Shown piece after piece: positions 16,670 through 25,220 of a stretch of DNA of 64,000 bases (position 1 is its first letter; each line of letters opens with the position of its first letter). The notes under the pieces were generated by a model that had not been told where the DNA came from, made no database searches, and saw nothing but the letters and a program-made list of their open reading frames with translations. The position numbers and the translations under genes are program-made. Source of the stretch: Candidatus Eiseniibacteriota bacterium (GTDB taxonomy: Bacteria; Eisenbacteria; RBG-16-71-46; CAIMUX01; VGJL01); the NCBI GenBank assembly GCA_041946735.1, contig JBHGAY010000007.1, positions 1 to 64,000 on the forward strand, written 5' to 3'.

Positions 16670-19600
16670 TCAGGGAGCGAGGAAGATCCGCCGCTGCACG
16701 CGCCGGGTCCCCGCCTCGACGATGACGCGGTAGAACCCGGGGGCGGCTCGCGAGCCGCTCGCGTCGGTGCGATCCCAAGCGACGTCGATTGCTCCTGCGG
16801 GGACCGCGCGATCGAGCAGGCGCCGGATCTCGCGGCCGTCGATGTCCTCGATCCAAAGGACGCACCGCACCCCGTCGAGATCGAGAGGGACGTCAAGCCG
16901 GAATCGGCACTCGTCCCCGACCGGGTGGGGGAACGGACCCTCCAGCGAGAACGCCTCGGCGGCGCGTAATGCCGGCTCGCTCGGCCGTCCTTCGTTGCCC
17001 GCGGCATCGATCGCCGTGATGGCGAACGAGCTCGCGAGCGAGACGACGACCGCGGAGCTTTCTTCCGCGGGCAGAGGCTCGTCGAGGAGGGCTTCCCATC
17101 CCGCGCCCGACTCCTCGTAGATCTGGTATCCCGCAACGTCGGGAGCCGGGGAAGGCAACCAGGACAGCTCGACCCGGTCGCCATCGATCGACACGATTCG
17201 CAAGCTGCTGGGCGGCTCGGGCGGCGAGAGATCGAGCGGATCGGTCGTCGCATGGGCAAGCTCCGACATCGCGGAGTGGACGCCTCCGAGACCGACTGCG
17301 CGCACCGAGAACCAGTAGTCGGTCAGCGGCGAGAGACCGTCCCAGCGGACCAGGATCTCGGCGCCGCCCTCTCCCGGCTCGGGCGGACTGGGATGCTTCT
17401 CGAGGGCGTCCCATCCCGACTCGTCGAACGGTTGCCGCGCGATCGCGATCTCGTACGACCCGGGACCGGCCGGGTCCCCGGCGTCGAGCGGGTGCGTCCA
17501 GGAGAGGACGACCTCCTTCGCATGCACCTCGGCGACCTGCAGGTTCTCGACCGGCGGCGGGGCGAGCGGCGGAGCCGCCTCGGTCGTGACGAGCAGCCCC
17601 GGGACGAAGAGGGAGATCTGGCCGGCGGCGTCGCGCGCGCGTACGGCGATCCCGTAGCGCGTCTCGGCGGACAGCGGCTCCACGGCGACGCGGATCGTGT
17701 CGCCCGCCGGAGCGGCGGGAATCTCGACCGGGAAGGTCGAAGCGCGTGACCAGTCCGCTTCCGTGGCGAGCGGTTCGCCGACAAGGATGCGAACTTCATA
17801 CGAACCGGCAGCTCCGGTCAGGCTGTCCTCGCCAACGGCCGTCCAGACGAGGGACGCCCAGCTCGTGCCGATCGCCTCGGCTGCGAGGTCCAAGATCGGC
17901 GCGGGGGGAGGATCGGGAACCTCGGGCTCCGCCTCGGTCCGAAGCAGGACGCCGGGACCGAGCGGGCCGAGGCGGCCGTCCTCGCCGGCCGCGCGCAGCG
18001 CCACCGCATAGTCGGTCGACGGCGCGAGACCGGTGAGACGCACGCTCTCGAGTGCGCCGGGCATGCCGGGCCACGGAAGGCCCTCGCTCGTTGGATCGGC
18101 CGCCTCCCACTCGTCTTCCGAGTCGATGGGGTCGGATCCCTCGCGGCGGGCCAGAAGGTAGGAGCGCGCCGCGCCGCCGTTGCCGTCTCCGTCGACTGCG
18201 GTCCAGACGAGACGACAGGCGTCAACGCCGATGCTGTCGGCCTCGAGATCGGTGATCGCGGCAGGCGGATCGGGGAGGGGCGGGGCCGTCTCGAAGGAGA
18301 GAGGCGCCGAAAGCCCGCCGAGGAGGAGCGAGTCGTCCTCGGCCCGGATCGCGATGCCGTAGATCGTCCCCGGTTCGAGACCGCGTACCGTCCAGACTTC
18401 CGCGCTGCCGGCGGGCAGCGGAACGCCGAGTCCGGCCGTATCCGGCTCGCTCGCGGCCAGCCACTGCGACTCCGTCTCGATCGTCCCACCGACTCGCAGC
18501 CGGACTCGGTAGAGGCTCGCGCGACCTCGGTCGCCGTCGTCGCCAGGCGCCGTCCAGGCGAGGGCGGCCGAGTCCGACCCGACCGAGGTGACGTGAAGAT
18601 CTGCGATCGGCGCCGGCGGTGCCGGAGGCAGGATCACAGGCAGCTTCGCGGTCCGCCCGCGGGCGACGTTCGAGACGGCCGAGAGATTCTCCGCCTCGTC
18701 CAGACTACGGAGAACGAAGGCGTATTCGTGATCCGGAGCCAGTCCGCGCGAGCGGAACTCCTGCTCGGCGCCAGGAGCGAGCGGCTCGGGAAGTCCCTCG
18801 ATCTCGGTTCCCGACTCCCAAACGGCATCGTCCGCCACCGCGCCGTCGGCGATCCGCATGCGGTAGGCGGAGGCCCCGCCCGCCGGAGCGTCGGCGGGCG
18901 CCGTCCAGCGAAGGAGGATCGATGCGGTGTCGGCATCGATCGCCGCAAGGTCCGCGATCGGCTCGGGCGGCAAGGCGTCGGGCGGATCGCTCGTTTGAAG
19001 GCCGAGCGGCGGATTCAGCGCGCCCATGTTCCCAGCCTCGTCGACGGCGCGCAGCGCGACTCCGTAGAAGTGCGAAGGCGTCAGTCCGTCGACGCGCACC
19101 CCCTGGATCGTGCCTGCGAGCGCCGGAGCGGGGAGCGAGAGGCCGGCCGGCTCTTCTGCGGCGTCCCAGTCCGCCTGGTTGCGGATGACCCGGCCGTCAA
19201 GGATCCGCAGCTCGTAGCTGGTCGCGGTCCCCACCTCGCCGTCGTCGCCGGTTGCCTTCCATTGGAGCTGAAGGAAGGTCGGTCCCTCCTCGGTGGCTTC
19301 GAGGTCATCGATCGCGCCGGGGGAGGTCTGGTCGATCGGGGGCGGCGGATCGTCCACTCCTGCGCGCAACATCAGAGGATTGGAAAGGCCGCCCATGTTG
19401 TGCGCCTCGTCGCGCGCGCGCACCGCAACTCCGTAGAAGGAGCCGGGCTTCAAGCCGGTGAGAACCATCGATTGCGCGTCGTGCGGAGCGCCGGGAACCG
19501 GGGGCGTGTCGTTCGCGATCGTCGCGTTCTGCCACTGCGTCTGGTTCGTGATCGTCTCGCCCTGGAGGAAGCGGACGACGTAGTCGGTCGCGCGGCCGTT

Positions 19601-21733
19601 CCATCCATCGTCACCGGGAGCCGACCATGCGATCCGGATCGCGCCAGGGCCTTCCGATCCTCCGGCAAGATCCACGATCGCGGCGGGGGGAACCGTGTCT
19701 TCCGGCGGCGGGGTTGGATCCTCGGTGCGGACCAACACCGGGGGATGCAGCTCCCCGAGGTTGCCCCCCTCGTCTTCTGCCCGGATCGCGATGCTGTATG
19801 TCGTCGAGGGATAGAGGCCGTAGACCCGGAAGCTCTGCGGCGTCCCGGCGACCGCGGGGGCGGGGAGTCCGCTCACGACCGTCGCCTCCTGCCAATCCGC
19901 CTCGCTTTCGATGGGTCTCTCGACCAGGTAGCGCATACGGTAGCGGGCGGCCGTGCCGTAGCCGCCGTCATCCCCGGTCGCCGTCCAGATCAACTCGATC
20001 CAGTTCGTCCCGCCGGTTCGCTTCCGGAGGTCCCCGATCATGCCGGGCGCGTACTGGTCCACGCCTCCCTGAGTCGAGGCGAAAGCGACGTTGGACAACA
20101 CCGGTTCCGCATGCCCCCGCGTCGTCGTGCGGATCGCTGCGTAGTAGCCTGCGCCGCCCTGTAGCCCGTAGAGGGTCGCGCTGACGGGACTGCCGGGAAC
20201 GGCGACGATCGGGTTGCCGCTATAGGACGTTGCCTGCTCCCAGTTGTCGATCGTGATCGGATTGCGTGAGTAGCGGAGCTCGAAGAAATCGCCGTCGTTG
20301 TGCTCGCCGTGTGGGGTCGTCCACGTGGCTTCCAGGCGATCGGGGCCCGTCGCCGTCAGGCGCAGGTCCTCCACCGGCACCCAGAAGCTGAAGCGGCTGT
20401 CCTTCGCCGGCACGCCGAAGACGTCGTACGTGTACGGGTTCACCTCGATCAACCCGTTCTCGAAGATCCGGTAGTAGAGCGAGTCGGATCCGTGGAGATC
20501 GACGTGGTAGTCGTCGAGAGGCTCGCCGAAGTCCCAATCGAACTCCGGTTGCCAGTCCGGATAGCGCTGGTCGCGGGTGTAGCAGAAGTAGCCGTCGCCG
20601 AGGAGGGTCGTGCCCAGCCCCCATCGCATGCGCTGCAGGTTCTGCTGCTCGGGGTAGCGATCCTCGTCCCACACCACGAGGTACGACGTGTCCCATCCAT
20701 GGAGCCTGTCGGCGCACGGCCGGTCGAACGCCGACTCGATCCAGTCGTACCCGGCACCCCAGTTGTCCCCGGGAATCCAGGGCGGGGTGAGCCCGTAGAA
20801 CCAATCCCACCAGTCGTGCCACGGTGGATTGCCTGGCCTCGTCCAGTTCTCGAGCTTCATCCCGGACATCTTCGTCGACCACCAGGGGCCGATGAACCGG
20901 TTGTTCTCGTTGACGTTGATCACGAAGTCGGGCGGGAACGTCTGCTGGATGATCTGGTAGAAGACCTCGTTCTCCTCGCGCATGAGAACGCTGAGCGGCT
21001 CGTCCGCTCCGCCCATGCTGCACGTCTTCGTGACCCCTTCGGCCACGCCGTCCCGGTTCGGATCCGCATTGGCGAACGCGGTCACGCTATAGGAGCCGAA
21101 GCAATCGGCGAGGATCTCGAGCATGAAGCCGTTGTAGGTGTCGAACTCGTCCCAGTCCCACCGTCCGCCCGGCGCCCCGTCGAGCGAGACCTTCGGGAGA
21201 CCGACGCGCGCGATCCATTCCGCCGCTCGCAAGCCGCGCGCCGTGCCATAGGTGCCGGTCGGGCAGTAGCGGGTCCAGTTGAGCACGCGATGGCCCCAGA
21301 AGTTGATGATCTGGCCGCTCGTGTCGCGCAGGTACCAGTCGTTCTTCTCGGCGTACCAGATGAGAAGACGGTTGAAGTTCCACGTGGTGTCCGGGAGCCA
21401 CCACGGATTCGGTCCTTCCGGAGGAAGCGCGAACTGCGGCATCGTCTGCCAGAGGAAACGCACGTCGGGATTCCGTGCGCGAATCCCTGCGATCGATTCG
21501 GGCCGGTCCATGCAGACCAGCAGGTCGTACCATGAGAGGGTGTCTTGAACGGACTCCGGCAGCTCGTTGATGCCGGAGGTATAGGTCATGACCTTCGGAT
21601 AATTGAGCAGGGAGCGAATGGCATGCGCCGGCGCAGCGAAGAGAAGCAGGGAGAACAGGCAGAAGAAGGACGCGATGACGATGGTCGCAGCTACGGGGCG
21701 GACTCCGGGGCCGGTCTTTGATGGACGGTTCAC
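16670..21733 (-). CDS. Large secreted protein: putative glycoside hydrolase domain + 10 fibronectin type III repeats + C-terminal FlgD-Ig/T9SS-like domain (about 1687 aa)
   Basis: GTG 21733 with AGGAGA RBS; signal peptide ending APAHA; MRWGLGTTLLGDGYF...FDWDFGEP...RIFENGLIEVNP; repeated P..I.DL....L.WTA.GDDG units; C-terminus GPFPHP...WDRTDASG..AAPGFY. Confidence 0.8.
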   Translation of the reverse strand: MNRPSKTGPGVRPVAATIVIASFFCLFSLLLFAAPAHAIRSLLNYPKVMTYTSGINELPESVQDTLSWYDLLVCMDRPESIAGIRARNPDVRFLWQTMPQFALPPEGPNPWWLPDTTWNFNRLLIWYAEKNDWYLRDTSGQIINFWGHRVLNWTRYCPTGTYGTARGLRAAEWIARVGLPKVSLDGAPGGRWDWDEFDTYNGFMLEILADCFGSYSVTAFANADPNRDGVAEGVTKTCSMGGADEPLSVLMREENEVFYQIIQQTFPPDFVINVNENNRFIGPWWSTKMSGMKLENWTRPGNPPWHDWWDWFYGLTPPWIPGDNWGAGYDWIESAFDRPCADRLHGWDTSYLVVWDEDRYPEQQNLQRMRWGLGTTLLGDGYFCYTRDQRYPDWQPEFDWDFGEPLDDYHVDLHGSDSLYYRIFENGLIEVNPYTYDVFGVPAKDSRFSFWVPVEDLRLTATGPDRLEATWTTPHGEHNDGDFFELRYSRNPITIDNWEQATSYSGNPIVAVPGSPVSATLYGLQGGAGYYAAIRTTTRGHAEPVLSNVAFASTQGGVDQYAPGMIGDLRKRTGGTNWIELIWTATGDDGGYGTAARYRMRYLVERPIESEADWQEATVVSGLPAPAVAGTPQSFRVYGLYPSTTYSIAIRAEDEGGNLGELHPPVLVRTEDPTPPPEDTVPPAAIVDLAGGSEGPGAIRIAWSAPGDDGWNGRATDYVVRFLQGETITNQTQWQNATIANDTPPVPGAPHDAQSMVLTGLKPGSFYGVAVRARDEAHNMGGLSNPLMLRAGVDDPPPPIDQTSPGAIDDLEATEEGPTFLQLQWKATGDDGEVGTATSYELRILDGRVIRNQADWDAAEEPAGLSLPAPALAGTIQGVRVDGLTPSHFYGVALRAVDEAGNMGALNPPLGLQTSDPPDALPPEPIADLAAIDADTASILLRWTAPADAPAGGASAYRMRIADGAVADDAVWESGTEIEGLPEPLAPGAEQEFRSRGLAPDHEYAFVLRSLDEAENLSAVSNVARGRTAKLPVILPPAPPAPIADLHVTSVGSDSAALAWTAPGDDGDRGRASLYRVRLRVGGTIETESQWLAASEPDTAGLGVPLPAGSAEVWTVRGLEPGTIYGIAIRAEDDSLLLGGLSAPLSFETAPPLPDPPAAITDLEADSIGVDACRLVWTAVDGDGNGGAARSYLLARREGSDPIDSEDEWEAADPTSEGLPWPGMPGALESVRLTGLAPSTDYAVALRAAGEDGRLGPLGPGVLLRTEAEPEVPDPPPAPILDLAAEAIGTSWASLVWTAVGEDSLTGAAGSYEVRILVGEPLATEADWSRASTFPVEIPAAPAGDTIRVAVEPLSAETRYGIAVRARDAAGQISLFVPGLLVTTEAAPPLAPPPVENLQVAEVHAKEVVLSWTHPLDAGDPAGPGSYEIAIARQPFDESGWDALEKHPSPPEPGEGGAEILVRWDGLSPLTDYWFSVRAVGLGGVHSAMSELAHATTDPLDLSPPEPPSSLRIVSIDGDRVELSWLPSPAPDVAGYQIYEESGAGWEALLDEPLPAEESSAVVVSLASSFAITAIDAAGNEGRPSEPALRAAEAFSLEGPFPHPVGDECRFRLDVPLDLDGVRCVLWIEDIDGREIRRLLDRAVPAGAIDVAWDRTDASGSRAAPGFYRVIVEAGTRRVQRRIFLAP

Positions 21734-21914
21734 ATCCTGTTCTCCTATCAAGAAGCGTTCCCGATGAGAACCATGCGAGGCGTGCCTCGGCGGGAGCTGA
21801 TCCGCACGGATGCGATGCAATTTGCATGTTACGATTGCGTCATGCAATCCGAATGATTTCGCAGCTTCCGGCGTTATGCTATGCTGCCCGCTTTCAGAAG
21901 AGGAGGCGATCGGC

Positions 21915-22583
21915 ATGAAGTTCTTCCTGGATACGGCCAACCTCGATGAGATTCGTTCCTGCGTGGATCTCGGCGTCATCGACGGCATCACCACCAATCC
22001 CACGCTCCTTTCCAGAGAATCGGGCGATTGGCGTTCGATTCTTGAGAAGATCTGCGCCATGGTTCCCGGTCCCATTTCGGCCGAGGTGATCGCCGAGGAC
22101 ACGGACGGGATGTTGCGCGAGGCGCGCGATCTCGCGAAAATCGCGCAGAACATCGTCGTGAAGATCCCGATGTCCCGGACGGGGATCCAGGCGATTCACG
22201 TTCTCTCGCAGGAAGGAATCCGAACGAACGCGACTCTCGTCTTCAGCGCGAACCAGGCCCTTCTCGTCGCGAAGGCCGGGGGGAACTTCGTGAGCCCGTT
22301 CCTCGGCCGACTCGATGACGTCTCCCAAGAAGGGATGGAAGTCGTGCGCCAGATCGTCGAGATCTATGACCTCCATGGCTTCCAGACCGAGGTGCTCGCC
22401 GCCAGCATTCGCCATCCGATGCACGTCGTGCAGGCGGCGCTCGCGGGGGCGCACATCGCGACGATGCCTTCGAAGGTGTTCGAGCAGCTCTTCCATCATC
22501 CGCTGACGGACAAGGGAATCCGCAGCTTCCAGGAGGACTGGAAGAAGGTCCAGGCGCGCGCAGAGAAGGCGAGCGCGCGGTAG
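21915..22583 (+). CDS. tal: Short-form transaldolase / fructose-6-phosphate aldolase family
   Basis: FFLDTAN, GITTNPTL, ISAEV, VVKIP, NATLVFS, SPFLGRLDD, AASIRHP, HPLTDKG; AGGAGG RBS. Confidence 0.92.
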   Translation: MKFFLDTANLDEIRSCVDLGVIDGITTNPTLLSRESGDWRSILEKICAMVPGPISAEVIAEDTDGMLREARDLAKIAQNIVVKIPMSRTGIQAIHVLSQEGIRTNATLVFSANQALLVAKAGGNFVSPFLGRLDDVSQEGMEVVRQIVEIYDLHGFQTEVLAASIRHPMHVVQAALAGAHIATMPSKVFEQLFHHPLTDKGIRSFQEDWKKVQARAEKASAR

Positions 22584-22617
22584 GCGCCGCCCGCAAGGCG
22601 GCAGGGGGGAGTGGGTC

Positions 22618-23913
22618 GTGCGGCGGTATCTTCCATTGGTGTTCCTCTTCCTCGCCGGAACGATCGGCGGCGGACTCGTCGCGGGCGTCGTGACGAGGGA
22701 TGCGAACCGCGCGGGAGGCCGTTCCGCGGCCGTGCAGCCGGTCTCCGAGGCCGGGCGGGCCGAAGGACAGCGCCAGGTCGCCGGGGGGACGGGCCAGGCG
22801 GGCGAAGACGGCGCGGGCGCCGGTTCCCGCGGAGATGCCGGAGAGGGCGGCATCAGCGAGGGACTGCACGAGGGACGCCGCAACGCGATCGTTCAGGCGG
22901 CCGAGAAGGTCGGACCTTCGGTCGTCTCCATCAGCGTCGAGCAGACTCGGTACGTTCGCGGACGATCCCCGGTCGACCCCTTCGGCCTCTTCTTCGACCG
23001 TTACCTACCGGGCCCGATCTACCAGGAGCGCGTGCCGGCCCTCGGGAGCGGTTTCCTCGTCGACCGCGCGGGGGTGATCCTCACCAATGAGCACGTCGTT
23101 CGCAACGCCGAGACGATCCGGGTGACGTTGACCGACGGGCGTACCTTCCCGGCGAAGCTGATCGGCTCGGACCCGAGCTATGACCTTGCGGTGCTCCGCA
23201 TCGAAGGCGAGGATCTGCCGGTCGCCCCGCTCGGCGACTCCGACGACGTCATCGTCGGAGAATGGGCGATCGCGATCGGCAACCCCTTCGGCTTTCTGCT
23301 CAACGACTATCAGCCGTCGGTGACGGCCGGAGTGATCAGCGCGAAGGGGCGGGACATCAAGCCCTCGGAAGGGACGACAGGAATCTACAAGAACATGATC
23401 CAGACGGATGCGGCGATCAATCCGGGGAACTCCGGCGGGCCGCTCGTCAACGGCGAGGGGAAGGTGGTCGGGATCAACACCTTCATCTTCACGGAGTCGG
23501 GCGGATCGCTCGGGATCGGCTTCGCGATCCCGATCAACGTCGCGGTCCGCGTCGTCAAGGACATCCTCCAGTACGGCGAGGTGCGACGCATCTGGACCGG
23601 GATCAGCGTCAAGCCGATCACGCCGGCGCTCGCCGCCTACTTCAACATCGAGGATCCGCGTGGACTCATCGTCTGGGAGATCGAGACGAACAGCCCGGCG
23701 GATCGCGCCGGGGTCACCGTGGGAGACATCATCCGGAAGGTGAACGGCGAGCCGGTCTGGACTCTCGAGCAGGCGAGCCGCCTGATCTTCGGCGCGCAGG
23801 CGGGAGAGATCCTGACGCTCAGCGTCGAGCGGCAGGGCGCCCGGAAGGAGATCCGCATGCGCCTGGAGCTCGCGCCCCAGCGCGGCCAGGGGAGCCAGGG
23901 GAGGCAGGGATGA
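22618..23913 (+). CDS. HtrA/DegP-family serine protease with N-terminal anchor and one PDZ domain
   Basis: LGSGF, LTNEHVV, DLAVL, AIGNPFG, IQTDAAINPGNSGGPL; PDZ segment SPADRAG..GDII. Confidence 0.93.
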   Translation: MRRYLPLVFLFLAGTIGGGLVAGVVTRDANRAGGRSAAVQPVSEAGRAEGQRQVAGGTGQAGEDGAGAGSRGDAGEGGISEGLHEGRRNAIVQAAEKVGPSVVSISVEQTRYVRGRSPVDPFGLFFDRYLPGPIYQERVPALGSGFLVDRAGVILTNEHVVRNAETIRVTLTDGRTFPAKLIGSDPSYDLAVLRIEGEDLPVAPLGDSDDVIVGEWAIAIGNPFGFLLNDYQPSVTAGVISAKGRDIKPSEGTTGIYKNMIQTDAAINPGNSGGPLVNGEGKVVGINTFIFTESGGSLGIGFAIPINVAVRVVKDILQYGEVRRIWTGISVKPITPALAAYFNIEDPRGLIVWEIETNSPADRAGVTVGDIIRKVNGEPVWTLEQASRLIFGAQAGEILTLSVERQGARKEIRMRLELAPQRGQGSQGRQG

Positions 23914-25220
23914 TCGGCCGCTACACGCGGCCCGAGATGAAGCGGATCTTCTCGGATGCCTATCGCTTCGAGGTCTGGCTCCGTGTCGAGACCGCCCACC
24001 TCGAGACCCTCGAGGAGCTCTCGATCGCCCCGCCCGGGACGGCGGCCGCCGTTCGCGCGAAGGGGAGGGTCCGCGAGGAGAGGATCGACGAGCTGGAGGC
24101 GAAGCTCCATCATGACGTCCTCGCGTTCCTGACGAGCGTCGGCGAGGATCTCGGACCCGAGAAGGCGTGGCTGCATTGGGGGATGACTTCGAGCGACCTG
24201 GTCGACACGGCGCAGGCCATCCTGCTCGGGGAAGCCCTCGAGAAGATCGAGCAGGACTGGGAGCGGATCGGGTCGCGCCTTCGCGCCCTCGCGATCGAGC
24301 ATCGCGACCTCGTGATGGTCGGCCGCACGCACGGCGTCCACGCCGAACCGATCACTTTGGGCTTCAAGATCCTCGGCTGGTTCGCCGAAGCCGACCGGCA
24401 GGCGGCGCGGCTCGCGCGCGCCCGCGACGAGATCCGCTACGGCAAGATCTCCGGGGCGGTCGGGACCGCGGCGCATCTCGATCCCTCCATCGAGGAGAAG
24501 ATCCTCGCGCGGCTCGGGCTACGCGCGGAGCCGGTCGCGACGCAGGTCGTCCCGCGCGACCGCCACGCGAACCTGCTCTGCGTTCTCGCCGGCGTGGGCG
24601 CGACCTGCGAGCGGATCGCGACGGAGATCCGGCATCTCCAGAAGACCGAGGTACGGGAGCTCGAGGAGCCGTTCGCGCCGGGACAGAAGGGGTCGAGCGC
24701 GATGCCGCACAAGCGCAACCCGGTCGTCTGCGAGAGGATCGCGGGGCTCGCGCGCCTGCTTCGCGGCTACGCGATCGTCGGACTGGAGAACGTCCCGCTG
24801 TGGCACGAGAGGGACATCAGCCACTCCTCGGCCGAGAGGGTGGCGCTCGCCGACGCCTGCACCGTCCTCGACTACATGGTCGACCGGCTGGCGTTCGTGC
24901 TCTCCGGCCTGCTGGTCTACCCTGACGCGATGCGCCGCAATCTCGAGGCGACCGGCGGGCTGGTCTATTCCCAGCGGGTCCTCCTCGCGCTGACCGAGGC
25001 TTGGGGGGACCGCGAGCGGGCGTACCGTACGGTGCAGGAGCACGCGATGGCGAGCTGGCGCGAGGGAGGGAGCTTTCAGGATCGGCTGAGTTCCGATCCG
25101 GCCGTCGTGCGGGCGCTCGGGGAGCAGGGGCTCGCGTCGCTTTTCACGCCTTCGTTCTTCACGCGCAACCTCGGGGCCCTCTACGATCGGGTTCTCGCAA
25201 CGGAATGGGGGAGAGCGTGA
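23910..25220 (+). CDS. purB: Adenylosuccinate lyase
   Basis: MIGRYTRPEM, HDVLAF, HWGMTSSD, GRTHGVHAEP, GSSAMPHKRNP, LWHERDISHSSAER. Confidence 0.97.
   Translation: MIGRYTRPEMKRIFSDAYRFEVWLRVETAHLETLEELSIAPPGTAAAVRAKGRVREERIDELEAKLHHDVLAFLTSVGEDLGPEKAWLHWGMTSSDLVDTAQAILLGEALEKIEQDWERIGSRLRALAIEHRDLVMVGRTHGVHAEPITLGFKILGWFAEADRQAARLARARDEIRYGKISGAVGTAAHLDPSIEEKILARLGLRAEPVATQVVPRDRHANLLCVLAGVGATCERIATEIRHLQKTEVRELEEPFAPGQKGSSAMPHKRNPVVCERIAGLARLLRGYAIVGLENVPLWHERDISHSSAERVALADACTVLDYMVDRLAFVLSGLLVYPDAMRRNLEATGGLVYSQRVLLALTEAWGDRERAYRTVQEHAMASWREGGSFQDRLSSDPAVVRALGEQGLASLFTPSFFTRNLGALYDRVLATEWGRA

Noticed and set aside
21734..22153. ORF-track start at 22153 for the 1827 aa protein
   Set aside because: It runs antisense through the transaldolase gene; the signal peptide and RBS point to GTG 21733.
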